Positions 13,876 to 29,700 of a stretch of DNA of 64,000 bases are shown piece by piece. Position numbers and translations under genes: made by a program. The stretch lies in the NCBI RefSeq assembly GCF_000150275.1, contig NW_002060965.1, positions 496,001 to 560,000 on the forward strand, in the 5' to 3' direction. The stretch is from Trichoplax adhaerens (Eukaryota > Animalia > Placozoa). The number at the start of each line of letters is the position of its first letter. Within the stretch, counting starts at the first letter, position 1. The notes under the pieces were generated by a model. That model was not told where the DNA came from and did not search any database. It worked only from the letters and a program-made list of their open reading frames with translations.

Positions 13876-14142
13876 AATGGATAGTCTTGATCATTCAGTA
13901 AATAGCTTGAGTTACTCTAGTCATGGCAACAACAAATACTACAGTACATTTCACAGGTGATGCATGGCCGAAATAAATTTCCAACTTTAGCAGGATTATT
14001 CCTTACATAGCTTATAAACAATTAACCATTGCAGCTTAGAGTTAAGCTTATGCAATGAAATAGTGGAAGTGGTGACGAAATGAATTTTCAGAACCTATTC
14101 GTATTCTCATTTCAATAAGGATTCCTCTGAAAGTTTCCAAAG

Positions 14143-16652
14143 CTATCCATGATTGGCAATAGGAGTAGGGATAGGATTCACCGATTTCCTAGTCATTTCT
14201 GACTTCATTTCCATTAATGAAGCACACTTTTCAATGCCTGAATGAATTGTTTGATGCATAACATAAGATTGAGGATAAATTGACACGGAAAGCTTTCCGG
14301 CTGCTTGATACATTTTATGGCTTAATTCTAAATGTTGAATTGAGTCTAAATTGTCCTCTTTTGCCAACCAGTAATGTAGCGCTGCAATTTGACTTGTTAT
14401 ATACAGTTCTAAATGACTGCTACTCCATGATGAACATTGAACAGCACCAATAATCATGTAATAAAGTTGCAATGCACGATCATAATGGCTAGCAGCGGTT
14501 GAGATTAATGCTTGTCGTTGCCATTGATTTAAATGTTCCAAACGTTTGCTTTCCTCTAAAAAATCCTAAAAATTTGTAAATTAGACCTATGAAATATTTT
14601 CAAAACAGTAGAAATACGGTAGTTTATAATTTCTCTCAATCTCGTTAAATATTTGTAGAGTATATTATAGTGTTGCCCTTTTCTGTCATTCACTGATGTT
14701 TCTTTATATCTTTTACTAGCATCAATTCATTATCATGCATCATACTAACCCAATTATTGCCATCGTAGATGTTAAATCCTATTTCATCGGATAAATGATC
14801 GTCAGCCTTAAATAAGAGAATATATAAAAATTATCGTAACCCATTTCAGCTCCTACCATCACCAAATAATATAAGGGAATATCGTAATAAAGTATCAAGT
14901 AACTGGGCTCAACTTAAGACATTTCGGTACAATTCAAAGTTGATTAATCTATACCTCTAATACGTTGTTGCTACTAGATATAATTGCCTCTGATAGTGCC
15001 AATAAATCCAATGATTCCTAACGTGATAAATGTCACAAGAAAGGAATAAAACTGAAATTATTTTTCGTTCGAAATTTTGTATTCATAACTATGGTAAGAA
15101 GTTAAATTTACCAATTTCAGATGAAAGACTTCACAGGTCAGGAAATGGATATCAACCTCTATAAAAAGGGTAGAAATGAATGTTTTGAAATAAATATCTT
15201 ATTCAGATTTTCTACAAGTATGACTACTGTACTAAGCGAGTTAGGAATCGAAGGTAATCTCTACCGCTTACAGTATACTTAAAGTATAGTTTGATTATGA
15301 AATAGGAGATAATCGCTAACGTTAACGCCTTCACCTAAACTAGATTAAAGTATAACTAGATTTATGGAATGAAAGATAATCTCTAAGGTTAACACTGTCG
15401 CTTAAACTATATTTAAAGTATAACTTGATGCACGGAATAGAGGTAATCTCTAACGTTAATGTTTTCGCCTAAAGTATATTCAAAGTATAACTTGATGTAT
15501 CGGCTACTAGTTCAATAAGAATCATTTCAGTGATATCAACAAAGTCGACTTGACAGAGTCTTACTAGTTAATGTTTGGGTATTTTAATGAGTACTAATGT
15601 TATACTTAGAGATCTAGTTCAATTTCTGTGGGTACATAGAGCAGGAATAGAAAGTTTAGGATCTTTGCACAGGCAATGAATTTAGCGTCATAATCGCTAC
15701 ATTATACTGATTCATAAGAAGAATAGCACTGGATGAATATTATATAATGTTCATAAAAAACAATTTAATTTTCCATTGTATTTGAAGCAAGAGCTACTCT
15801 GTATTGACTGAGAAAATCAATTTTGTTTCTTCTTTGCAATTTTTTTGAATAATGCAGATTAAATGTTTGGCTTATGAACCATTTCATTCTTTTCATATTA
15901 GCAATCTTACCTGTTGTAGCTATTTCTATACAAGAATGATTAATAGATGATAACAAGGTTAATATAAAATAGCCATATTCGCTAGCAATTTGGCTAGAAC
16001 ACTTTCTACTCGCCATTACGGCCCCATGAATCAAACTTATGGCAAATTCATTATCATCATCCACTTCTTGACTATAATTCAATAAAATTTCTAAAGATTC
16101 CTTAAAGAATAATAACGATTCACAACGATCCATAGACGCAACGGATTCTCCTACTAGGTAGTATGCCATCGCCATAAGGAGGTTATCGTTGTTATAATGC
16201 TCTGTGCATACTTTTAGTACCTGATAGTGAGACCAAAGCGATTCTTCAATTAAACCTAGTATTAATTGCAATTTTCCAATAGCACAGTAAATATCAAGAA
16301 CACGTCGATGAGAACGCCCATAGCGTTTGATACTAAGTGATAAAACTTTGTTATAGTAACAGAGACATTGATCGTATAATTCTTGTTCCTCGTATTGATT
16401 AGCTTTCATGACGAGATCATCAATTTCCTGAGCTAGACTGGGATGGATCTTTCTATCTTCATCTTGGTTACATTTTGGCTCTTTTGGCCATAATGGTATA
16501 GTCGTATTTTCATCTTGTTGTGAGGATTGTGGCCGCTCTACTTCATTAGAATGAGATGATGCAAATGGATCATCTTGTGTTGGCTCTTGGATATGATTTT
16601 GGTTATCATGGATTGAAAGTCGATTCAAATCAATAATACAAGAAGCGTTCAT
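14143..16652 (-). CDS. Uncharacterised TPR-like alpha-helical repeat protein
   Basis: Exons 16652-15911, 15158-15112, 15017-14955, 14806-14750 and 14565-14143 are all GT-AG and phase-compatible. TPR-like segments: YDQCLCYYNKVLSLSIKRYGRSHRRVLDIYCAIG and MAMAYYLVGES..SLLFFKESLEI. Confidence 0.7.
15243..15500. repeat. Four ~69-bp tandem repeats in intron 1 of the TPR-like gene
   Basis: The unit GGAAT..(G/A)TAATCTCTAA..TTAA..CTAAA.TATATT.AAAGTATAACTTGAT occurs four times; the first copy is shorter. Confidence 0.8.
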
Positions 16653-19382
16653 ATTCAAGTCTTAAAAGTTAATGCTAATTGTAAAATATGGTGTCTCGAT
16701 GACTCATCGATCATGAAGCCATTTTGATTTGATTTAACAAATAAGGTTTTATAGAAGATTTTAGACTTTAGCTACTAGAGTTCTACATTGTAAAATTGGC
16801 ATCATTTAATAGACAATAGTACGACGCATAGCTTGTAGCCCATTCGTTATTCTAGGCCAATCTTAATAGTTTGATGATTGCTGCTATTAGCATGAATTTT
16901 ACGTAGAATTAATCCGTTAAAACTACCACGGTTAATGTTGCTAATTAATAAATAAAATAGTTTTAGCCTTGAATATTGATGAGTAAAGAAACTGATTGGA
17001 TTGGCTGCTTGAAAGTCTGCATTGTTCTTCATGGCCTTGTGGATGTTGACGTAGCGATTTCAATTGTCTATAGCAGTATTGATTAAATCAACCTATCTTT
17101 TCAATCGCTAGTCTTAGTCTATTATAACTAGATTAGAGTGGATACATGATATTTTATTCTTGGGGTGGCTTATCGCAAACAATCGGGTTAGTGCAAAGGC
17201 GAAGAGTAGATACCCTCCTTTGTAGCGATGACTATCAAGATTAGTTATCCTTGCAGGTTTAGATTCGCTTGATTGATCTATGCTGTTACAGCATGCAATA
17301 GAGAAATGAACCACATCATGTGGATTCCAGTTAGTTTCAATAGATGTGTAAAACTTTAATTAATGTTGTCAAAGTGCAAGAATACAAAAAAACAAGGAAA
17401 CAATAATATAATAATCAAGCTCTGAGCTCCTTCTAGTAAATAAAGATCTTATAATTACCTGCCGACTTCCGCTTGCGGAGATGAACCAAAGCAAATAACT
17501 AAAAGAAGCAGATAATGGCTTGTATCGTAGAACTATTTTAATTATTGTCTCATTGCACTTCTGCAGTAGTAGTATACGTAATGTGCCGTAGATAATGAAA
17601 AAAGGGTTAATCATGAAAAAGGAAAAGTCCCTATCTAATAATTATAATTTATCATGTCACTGAATATAGCTACCGTCGGCTTAATGAAAGGGTGATCAAT
17701 TTCATTTCTTATTCTATCGATGATATGAGGACGAGTTTATCATTGCCATCTTGATCGATATCCATTGCTTTCATCCATTTGATTCCTGTTTTCTTACTTC
17801 ATGTGGCATGACCGGTTTAATACGAACATTTTATTTGAGTATTAGGCATAATTTAAATATTGTTAGAATATATGACACTTAACTTTATAGTAGGGTAGAA
17901 AGAAGTATTGAAGTCGTAGTCAAGCTATCTTTATTATTTTTATTTTTTATTGCATTAACATCTATAAAATTGATTTACCGTAGTTCAATGTAGGCAATCA
18001 TTTTTAAATTCTATTGATAGCATTGAGTAAGGATTTTAAGTCATGAGGAAGAACTGCAAGATCATTCTCTAAAAATAATATAGTGGTTCTGTAACCTCTT
18101 GAATAGGCCATTGGTGGCTTTAACGATCCTGTTCTCAACTTATCGTACATACGTATACTGTAGATTATGTTTAAGACTACAGTACCTTAATTTTAATTTA
18201 TCTTTACACAAGGAAACCTCTCTATCCGGCAGTACATTATGGCAAGTATTTCCACTTTTCAGTGCAAATGACGTATTGAACTTGCTATAATACAGTATGT
18301 TATGTATTTTGGAAACGATCAAAACTGTCGTAGACTTGTCGCTAGCACAGTCGGTAGTCAATGGCATGACTAGTCATGAATAGCTAGCTAGACCATCTAC
18401 TATACCTAAAACAGGTGTACAATATTACTTGTGAGTCTGCCATCAGTGAAGATTTGATCTAGTTATTCACAGACTGAGTTGGAGTCGAATTAATCCGATT
18501 CACTAATTTAATCTACTGTCATTTCTTCCTCTCGATTGTGCTGGCTGCAAGAAATAGACTGCAACCTATGCCATGTATTGATCAGGATTGTATAAAAAAT
18601 GGATATTAGTGAATGCAAAGTGAGATTATACTTTGCTGCCATTTTAATAATTGGTATTCGCAGTATGTACGGACTCAGGCATTAACTACTCTATTTCCTA
18701 ACTCAGGATTGCCAACGCTCACCGCAAACCATACCATATTCACTCAGTATCGCTCTAGATTCTACACATCCCGTACACTGATGAGAAGTTGATTTACTTG
18801 TACGCTATTAAAGATGCTGTTAAGCCTTAATACAGAACCGTCATGGATACAGAAAGCAGTGAACAATAGGGTTGTAGACTGCTTTTGAAAGTATCAATTG
18901 CGGATAGATAGGGGATCGGCCATAATAAAAGCTCAAAGTGGGATAATGGTGAAATCGTATTTCAATGCTATGCCCCTTTTGCGGCCAAGGGTAATCGAGA
19001 CGTAGAGTTGAAAACACAACTTATCAACATCTGCATATGCTGCTTCGAACGATATGAATTTCATCTTGAACATCAGCATGAGAGGCATTCTAATCGAGCC
19101 TATTAGTGCGAACGAAATGAATGAAATGCATCCATTCTGTACTGAATGATGGTGCTCGCTGCAACCCATTCCTTCATGCTGGTCAGTATGATTTAAGGTA
19201 TCGCTCGAACACTCCTTTATTGCCGGTCAACATTAATTTGGGCTTCGAGGATTGTACATAACGATTTTATCGGAGCTTGACAACAGGGACTATAGCACAA
19301 AAAGCTAGGGAAAGAAAAAGAGAGATGGGAAAATTTATTCTTGAGTCTGATAGAAATGACGATGCCGAATCATTTGACTACC

Positions 19383-19834
19383 TACAGTACAAGACAGTAA
19401 GTGAGAACAGTATTACTGTACTGTACACTGTACAGTACAGTACAGTACTGTACATAGTCTACAGTATACCGTTATCTGTCCGTAAGCATAAACTATGCTC
19501 TACATACTGTAGCATGCTTAGTATGCTAGTATGCTCACTTGCTCAGTACTGTATGCTGTACGGTTACTTTACACTGTATACTACACGGAATGCAGTCAAG
19601 GACTACTTGTACAGTACAGTACTAACTGAGCACAGTACAGTACAGTATTTATCTTACTGTAGTGAAAACTGAACAGTACTGTATATGATTCGAAGTCTAT
19701 ACAGTTGTCTGTCTGTAAACTTGGACAATGCTCACTATGCTCACTATGCTGTATGGTTATACAGTACTGTACTAGTGTACTGTATACTAGCTAACTACAA
19801 TGAGTGTATACTGTACCTGTATACCAGTGTACTG
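19383..19834. repeat. Mixed-orientation TACAG/TACTG array upstream of RRP5
   Basis: Example: TACTGTACTGTACACTGTACAGTACAGTACAGTACTGTA at ~19414-19452. A smaller patch lies at ~20078-20097. Confidence 0.85.
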
Positions 19835-20755
19835 CATTAAAACCAAACCTGGCTCCGCTTTAGGGTGATCGTGTTTAGTAGTGTGTACCGTTACAGAGAT
19901 ACGATTTAATGGAAATGACCACCAAAATAGCCGTACTTCGTATTTTACTAAGATAATATTCCTGTCTTCCGTTTTGGTAGTCCCTATGGGCATGGACTTG
20001 TAGAAATAAATACTGGAATCCATTTCTATAAGTCCATGCTACAAATACATGTACTATTGTAAGTATTGCGTATTTACGTACAGTACAGTACTGTACTAGA
20101 AGACAGCGTAGTAGTCTACGCAAGTCCAATGCGCATGATGGACTGTATTGATTTGGGTAGTACTGGACACACTCGAAATCTTGGTACGATACGGTTGGTA
20201 ACGTTGCAGTGTTGCTTTACTATAGGCCACTTAATATGTACAATACAACAGTCAAGTTGACACTGTCCACGCGTTAACTGATCAATCTTCCATTTCACCT
20301 TTAAGGTAGAGGCCTGCAGCGTTTCCAAGGTAATTCAAGCGATTCTATCCATTGCCATTCTACTTGCTATTCGTCATTGACTTGTTGGGACGAAGTTGTC
20401 TAAGCTGCAATAGCACAACAGTATTTTTAATCCTGTACTCGTAGAGATAGTTTTAGACAGTACACGTGTGAGCTATCTGTTATCACCCAGCGAGCTGGTG
20501 GATTGGACCTATTTCGTGATTCAGCCTGCAGTAGAATCCATTGCAGATTTGCATTGGAATATCAGCTCATTTCAGCGATTCAATACTGATTTCTCAACGT
20601 GATTTAAAGACTTCCATTCAATTTATAGCGGTACTGGGTTAAAATCCGACATTTATTCTTTTGCTGTTGCTACCTGTTGTCCAATTCCCTGCTAATTACT
20701 ATATTATCGACAAGATTGTGCACGTCACAAGCAATCGATGAAGTAAGTGATCCAA

Positions 20756-23700
20756 ATGGCACAAGTAGATTTTCCTCGTGGAGGGTCGAACGTTTTGTCC
20801 CCGTTGGAGGTACAAAATGCCAAACGTAAAGCTGAAGATGATGCCCTATTTAAGGTATAAATTCAATAGCAGCATCATAGTGATATCGATAGAGACGGAA
20901 TACTTCAGTAGAAAAGCTGTGGATAACATAGAACGAATTGCCCTGTCGAGCTCAGACTACCAACCAAAATACTTACATCGAGTTCATGCATGTGCTTATA
21001 CTTGCAATACACGTATCTCAGATACCATAATGAATGGAATAGGATTAGTCAATTGAATTTGGTAGTATCAGACAGCTGATCAGAAGGCGCAGTGAAGTCA
21101 AATTGTTGAGCTCGACTAGGTTCAATGCAAGAATGTTGCATCAGCCATGATAGTGCAAGCTTATCATTTCTCTACCGTTGATACTTTCAACAACTGCAAG
21201 TCAATTCGCAGGACAATAGCTGATATAAGATAAAAAGTAGATCAGAATTTGCAACAGTTTCTTCATGCAACTAATGTTTAATGTTATGATATCTACTACA
21301 GACTACTCCTAGTACGCCGCTGAAGAAAGCGAAAAAGATAAAATCCAATACTCCAGCTACAGCGAAAGGCAAAGACATACCTAGTACTGATAAAGATGAA
21401 GTCAGCGTAGATGCTATCACCATATCGGTATGTTAAAAAATATATGTCTCTATCCAGTTAGAATGGATATACTTTTATTATAACTCGTCAGCTTATTGAC
21501 ATTTTAGATTGTAAATCATCGTAGCAGCTTTTGAATTGATGTACAAGATTGATGTATTAGGTAATACCTTTTTTTAGATGTACAAAAAGGGGGTGTCTGT
21601 CCTTGGCATTGTCAAAGAAATTAATCCAGTTGACATTACAGTCTCCCTTCCTGGCTTATTAACCGGCTACATCCACATAACACAAATGTCAAGTCAAATG
21701 ACGCAATTATTAACAAGGCAGCTAAAATCTACTGAATTAGATGGAGAGGTGGGTTTACTCATATACAAGATAAGCAACTTTCGGATATTCATGTCTTTTA
21801 TTTTGACGACAATTTGAGATTGGGATTTCTCTCTTACGATACTTGTACACATGCTAGCAATTTTTAAGTACCTTAAGCAATAGGCTGATAATAGAAGTTT
21901 TCTTAACCGCTGTATAATGTTATCATAAATATGTGTAGTCTGAAAATGATCTTATAGTACACGTTTCGATTGCATTGATAGGATGGTGTAACACAATTGG
22001 ACTTGAATTCTTTCTTTCGAATTGGAGACATGCTTCGTTGCGTGGTTGATGAAGTCGAATTGACCAAGAGTAAGCATAAACGTATCAAACTAGCAATAGA
22101 TCCTAAGATACTCAATGCTAAATTCAAAGCCAACAGAATTCAAACAGGAATGGTAAGTCACTTTTGAAAGTAATAATCACGCCATGCCTTAGATTATAAT
22201 CCATATTGAGCCTTAAATTATCTCGGATGATAACAGACTTTATCCGGATATATTGAAAGTGTTGAAGATCATGGGTATATTGTATCTTTTGAAATTGAGA
22301 ACCTAGTCGGGTTCCTATCACAACAAGAAGGTCTGGACTATGCAAAATCAAGAGAGTTAGGTATGCAGTAGGCTTGTTAACGTGCAACTAGTTTTCAAAC
22401 CAACACGATACATGAAATGCCTATTGTCTACGTACCATTGCAGAGGATCTACCGGTGGGGCTACCAGTGAATTGCGTTATTCAAAAGGTGAAAGATCAAG
22501 GACGAATGGTTACCGTTGGCGTGTCTAGCAGCAAAGTTCTGAAAGCCAAGGTTAATGCTGTGTAACTAATATAAATATTTATGTAATGTCAGGATTATTG
22601 AATCAGTCATGTACGTATCGATATTGATATCAAAAACTGTAATAAATGAAGGCTCATGAAGGGATGAGATTTAGCTATGATACCTTACAAGCCGGATTAT
22701 ACGTAAATGGGACTATTGCAAAGGTATATTCAAAGTGTTGACATGTCATAGATGGATAGTTCAAATTGGATCGCAATGTAATCTGTTTTGTTTATCAAAA
22801 TATTAGATTAGTACCAAAGGAGCACAACTTTCCTTTTTGGGTGGTTTTCGCGGAAGCGTAACTGCTGACCACCTAAATCAAAATCAATCTCTGCAAGAGC
22901 GATCGAAAGTGAGCTAATTTTCAGTTAACATAGGTATCTGCGTATTAAAATTAAAAATTTAAACTAAAATAATTGCTTTTATACATTAAATAAGGTGGTT
23001 GCAAGAATTATATATGTGGATCGCAAATCAAAGAAAATAGCTTTATCTTTACTAAACATTACTGTCAATGGGCAAATGGATATTTCTCAGGTAGAAATTG
23101 GCCAAATAATTGAAGACGCAGTTGTTCTTCGCGTTGACAAAGGCGTTGGTTTACTCCTTCAACTGGGTGATAACTTGAAAGGATATGTTCATGTATGTTT
23201 AAATCTAGCATTTGTATTGCATACGCATACAAATGCATAGGATTCATGCTTTCTTCATTTTCATTGTAGATATCGCGCGCTTCCGATAAGCATATTGATA
23301 AGTTTGGAAAACAACACAGAGCAGGATCGAAACATAGGTTCATTCACAATTAACTAGTTAAATTAGCTTGCTTTCATGCAGATGTTATCCTTTGCATTCG
23401 TAATGTTCTTAACTTTGCTCCTAGGTGTCGCGTTATAGCAAATAGTTTAATCGATGAATTAGCAATTATTACAATGCAACAGTAAGCATTTCTTTGGTAA
23501 ACTGCGGCTATTTCCAGTTATTCGCCATCGATATTAATTTATTTGTCATTTTTTCAAGATCCGTTTTGGAGCAGCAATTTATAAGTTACAAAGATATCAA
23601 GCCGGGTACACTAGTTATGGTACAGTATTATAATGAATAAATTTGATTAACTTATAAAAAATGCAATCGAGGTATATGTAAACACAGCACAAACACACAT

Positions 23701-26700
23701 ACTCTATTTATTACGGCAGGGTAAAATTATCTCGTTAGAAGATTTTGGTATTTTGGTACAAGTTACAGACCATATTAAAGCACTATGTCCTAGATTACAT
23801 ATGTCTGATATAACTTTAAAACATCCTGAAAAAAAATTTAAGGAGGGAAATAAAATCAAGTGTAGAGTACGTGATGGATATTAACTTTTCATCCTCGATT
23901 TCGACTTACTATAATTTATCAGCAGTAACTATTATTTTATTTCATTCGACTTTTTAGGTACTAACGGTAGATGCCAGAAGAAGAAGACTTATCCTGACGC
24001 ACAAAAAGTCGATGGTTCATTCCTCACATGTTGTTATTACGTCATACGAAGAGGCTCAAGAAAATGTTACTGCTCACGGCTTTATAAGCTCTGTCAGAAG
24101 TAATGGGTGCTTTATCACATTTTACAATAACGTTCGTGGATTTGTCCATAAAAAATACTTAAGGTTGTTATTCTATGGATGGATCATTCTGTCGTCGTAG
24201 TTAGCGCTAGCTTTAGCACAACTGGACCTCCAGTTTCATGGCTTATTCCACATTTCATACTTGTAATTTCTGTCTTTCATATTTAGCACTCAATATATAG
24301 AAAATCCAGAAACGGTTTTCTTTGTTGGCCAAGTAGTTCTAACTTACATTGTATCCGTTGATGCTGTCAATAAGAAACTTAGTCTGTCACTTAAGGTACA
24401 GCTGATGAATTTATGTACCATATTCATAACTTATAATATTATATAACGTAATTTTGTCATGTTTATGTTAGCCGCCAGCCCTGACTACCAGTACTTCATC
24501 AAACTTAAAATTTAACCAGTCCAAGGTACCTGAATTTCGATGATTACGATAATGCAAGTTTGATTTACTGCTTGTACATTTATAATAGTAATATAGCGTT
24601 ATTTTCGTAATTTAGGTTGTAGATGTCGATCTGTTTCGGGCTACCGCTGAAGGACTGGACGTACTAATGCAGCCATCCGGTTTGGCAGCCAGTGTACCTG
24701 TACATCACTTATCAGATTTTCATTCAAATTCCCGAGCTCTTGTTAATTATTTTACGTCTCAGCAAAGTGTAAATAAGGATGTAAATACTAAGTTTCTAAA
24801 GCAGCTAGTGACCGTTGGGAAAACGAAGAGTTCTGTTGTAAGTATAAGTTTACAACCGCTATCGTTAGCTTTAATTAAGCGATAAGTATGATACGCACGA
24901 ATGTGACGCTGATTAGATAAATTACTCTGTATCAAATGGCGAAAGTAACGATCGATAATGTAGTTATTGGACTGAATTTTAACTATTGTTATCGTATTGA
25001 ATGCAATAGATTGCATCCAGAAAACAGTCACTTGTTGATGCTGTTCAAAATAAAGGTGTATTGCAAAACTTTGACCAGTTAAAGGTTGGTAGGCTGTAAT
25101 ACGTCGACTGTACTCTACAGTATTTTTAAATACGAGTTGACAAGTCCAAGTACCGGGAATGTTCTTTCTTCATGTTTCTAAATTCGCTAGATACTGATCT
25201 TAGTAAATTAAACAGGTTGGTCTAATTATGAATGGATTCATTAAATTAACCATGGATTATGGGTGTTTCGTTGAATTCCCTAATGGCCTTGTAGGCTTAG
25301 CTCCAATTGGGGTAATGCTACAGAAATTAATTTAAAATGTAAAATGTTTTGGTGGAGGATGTTTATTAATTTGCTAATCCTTTCAATACCAGCTACTTTC
25401 AGATGGTTTTGTCGACGATATCTCTTCATATTATTCAGTTGGAGACTCTGTTATAGCCAAAGTAAAAAAATTTTTAAATACAATAATTTTATACCAACTT
25501 TCGATACTGCATGTTATTAAAAGCACTCGTTCTTTATTCTCCATGAAAAGGTGACAGATATTGAACATGAGCGCAAGCGATTTTTGGTCAGTTTACGACT
25601 CTCAGATTATCTAAAAAGCGTTGGAAAAGATGATGCTAAGATGAACACTTTAAGGATATTCGATCAATATTTAAATGAAAGGAATACTATTATTGAAGCT
25701 ATGAAGTGTGTATACGGTATGTATAATTAATGGACTTGTAAATAACTAAAATTATAATTTAAGTTGAACTATTGAAAAACTGTTTAGAATATCTGTAGTA
25801 ATTATTCAGCACTCATTTATATTTTGAATAATCAATCAAGAATTTCCACCTACTGGAATACTTATTGGAGAACTCGTGACGGGCATGGTAGGCACTTTAC
25901 ATACAGCTATCATTATTATATCGAAAATTTTTAAATCATACTGTCTCTTTGATACAGATTGAAGCCATTGATGGAAATCGTGTTACGTTGCTTTTAAAGA
26001 AAGGACAGAAAGCGGTTTCTACAATCAGTTTCGGTAAGTTTATCGTAGTAACATCATGATTATAATTTTTCAACATATTCAGTAATATTTGACTACGGAT
26101 ATTTTTTTACAGATAACGCCGATTTGAAAGAAAACAGTTCAGTTTCTGCACGAGTTATCGACTTTGATTTGGAAACAAGAACAGTTGTCGTATCATTGCA
26201 CCCTGATATGGTCAGTTATAGTACCAAGCAGTTTCACAAAATGCAAAAGCAGGTACTTATTTTTAAGTATTATAAATTAATAAGGACTTCAGGGTGGATA
26301 CTTTTTCCGAAGCTTTGAGGATAGGATGGGAAATGTTAAGGTGATGTTCAAAATATTTTCTATTTATAGATTAAAGTCCAAACCAACACGGAAGCAATTA
26401 TCGAATTGGTTACTTGCGATCACATAGTTTGCAGGCTGCCTAATTATAGGAACATCCTCGCTGTTGCTCCTTCAAGTCAGGTTAGACAGTATTATTTACC
26501 TTATCATGCGAAAATCTTATTTCAATTGACTATTTTGGAATTTTGTAGTACTGGAATAATGTAAAAAGTGCACACCGAAGATATTCAATTGGTAATCGAT
26601 TTACGGCGCACGTAGAGCGGTAATTAGTAGTTAATTGTTATATGAATATTTTGTCCGTTATGGTTTCATAATATAGCTTATACGTATACTCGTAGAATAA

Positions 26701-29700
26701 ACTAACAACTAAACCGCTTTTGCTGACAACAATTCTAATTTATTTAGAGTAACTATGACAAAGATAGTAGTATCCTTGGTAAAAGATATTCTTGATGATG
26801 AGACTTTGCGAGTCTCTATTGGTCAGATTTTCGATGCAAAGTAATAATTATTTCTGGTTGTATTACATTTCATAATTAAATCTTTTTCACCTAAAAATTG
26901 TACTAGATAACTATTGTCTCATACACGTATGTTAGGGTGGAAGCTATACGGCAATTTTACGTCATGGTAAAATTTGGTTCTTTCTTTGGTACGGTTCATA
27001 TCACCGAAATAGTTGATGAAATAGAGGTGATTGAATAAATTAACGTAGATATGATTATAATTATTCAGCAAAGCTACACTATAGTGTGATTCAGTTTTTT
27101 TTACAAAGTGAAATGTTAGAGTTACTAGTAATTGAAATGTGCTACATAGTTTTACCGTGTAAATATTGTCAATAGGACGGATGTTCTCCACTCGATTCTT
27201 TATCAATTGGATGTTCTTTGAAAGTTCGCGTCATTAATGTTAAAAAGCATAGATCTAAGACGTGAGTATCGAAGAGCCAGTTTTTCAAAATTTTTTCTTT
27301 TAAGTTCAAGTAATTTTCTTATAACGCCGATCCACCTTTGTGCTATATAGAAAGCAGAGTATCAAAATTGAATGCAGCGCAAAACCAAGGTAGTAAACCT
27401 TCTAATTCCTAAGCTGTAATCCGTTATATTACCTAGATAGTAGGTGTTACTCTTTTGTATTATGGCAACACTATCTCATAGTAATGGTCTGTACTTTAGC
27501 ATATTCTCATTAAGTACTGATGCATTGGAAGCTAAAGCGAAAGAAACGGATGAGGATCGTAAGAAACTCATTTTGGAAAGTTATAAGCCAGGCGATAAGC
27601 TCGTTGCTTATATTCACTCGGTAATTATTTGATAATTTACTGAATTAGTAGTTCTTATAGATGCGGAATTTAATTATTTGTGTATTTAATGATTAGATTC
27701 GTAGTTTCTGTATCCATGTCTTCATATCGCGCAATGTTAAAGGCAAAGTATTCGGTCTACACGCTTCAAAAGATGAGAACGTAAGCGTAATATGCTACGA
27801 TCCTTGAATAGAAAATTTATTTTATATAATATGTATCATTGATGGATGCTATGCCATAAATGGTCACCGCTTTTTATTTCGCGATGGACAGTTTATGATT
27901 CTAATGTATCACATTTGCAGGTATTGCGTGATCTGTCAAATCATTTTAAAGTCTGTCAAGGTTACAACTGCTCAGTTCTTAGCAACAGTGACGAAGGTGT
28001 TGACTTATCGATTGCTTGTAAGTTACTATATTCATGATATATTTAAACAGTGAATTTTAATAGTAATGAAAATATTACTGAATTGCCATGCATGACTTTT
28101 TGTTATTCTTGTTAGATCCGCATGATTACAAATTTGATTCTGGCTCTATCATTCCTGGTAGAATTATAAATTTAGTCAGTAAACTCGGTGCAGTCGTGCA
28201 ATTGCCTTTAAGAAAATGTGGTGTTGCCTCATTAACTAACATAAGTGATAAATATCAAGAAGACATAACATCTACGTTAAGTGCAAAGCAAATTGTTAGG
28301 TAAGACATACTTTCTGGTCAATCCTGTTAAGGATATAGTTTGTGATGACATTTCTCTGTACGTAATATCTTTAAAGCTTTTGATTGACTAATGGTCTATT
28401 GCATTGTCTGTGCCGTAATTGAAGGATTTTTGATCTTTTATATTATATAAGATCATTAATATAATTGGCTTTAGACTTAAAATAAATTTTTGATTTGTGT
28501 CTATACTTTCATAGGTGCTATACATTAAAACTTTCGCCTGATTATAAGAAAATTGATGTATCTTTGAGACCTTCCCGGTATGATTTCCTTCGTAGTTTTA
28601 CTAATAGGATAGCTTACAACTAATACTTTGACCTTTTTTTTTTCACTATAGGACGAATAGTGAACTAAATAGTGAAGGTAAATAATTAAATGATAGTGGC
28701 AAGTGGCCTTGAATTGCTATTAAATTAGTAAAATAATACATATATTCACCTTTATGACTAGTTGTGGATAAAGACATTGAAAGCATCAATGACATTGCTA
28801 GCGGACAAATTATTAGGGGTTATATAAAAGGCGTTTCTAAGAAAGGAGTCTTTGTTGTGTAAGTAGTAAGATCTAGTTTATTTTGAAAGCTTATGAAAGA
28901 TTATTCAGATTTTATGTTTATTAAAGAGCAATATACACACTTAATTTTTTATTAAGGTTGTCGAGTGCTATCTCTGGTAGGATAAAAATTAAAAATCTTA
29001 GTGACAAGTACATCGAAGATTGGATGCCCAAGTTTAAGGAAGGCATGCTAGTTACTGCTAAAGTTATAAGGTATGATTAATCTTTGAGTCCATAAGGATA
29101 TGTGATCATAGCTCATACAGTTCTGCTTACAACAGTGTTGATCTACAAACCCAACATGTTGAGTTGTCTTTGAAAGAGTCGGTAATAAAAGGAGCCTCCG
29201 CAAAAAGTAAGAAATCAATACGTGATTAAATGAATTGTGAATTGCAAATCAGTGATATACGAATGAAGAGATATTATCTGTATTAATTTTATTGATAAAA
29301 ATATAGATATAAGTGTAGAGGCTCATGGAGAATCGGTAAATGATGAATCAGATGCCGAATCGATACCTTCAGAAGAAGAAAGTGGAGTAAAGAGAAAACG
29401 TTCAATTCCTGACGAATCTAGATTAACGGTATGTCATTTTTCTGTGCTATTTGGAACGATAATGCTGCAAATTAAGGTAACTTGGATTAAATTTTAATTA
29501 CACTAGTTATCTTCTGCCTTTCAATGGTCTTCTGAAGGGGACGCTAGTGGTAATGGTAACCTTAATAATTCAGATTCTACTGATGAAAGTCAAAGCGATT
29601 CGGACGATAATGTTGAAGGGGTACGTTTGCCCGGGTTATAATATTTTGACCTATTGCAGAGTACTAAAAATTGATATTACTTTGGTGTCTTCGGATTTAT

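Noticed and set aside
20855-21301. Possible intronic snoRNA in the longer RRP5 introns (also 30361-30684)
   Set aside because: No canonical box C/D pair or convincing H/ACA layout could be identified by eye.
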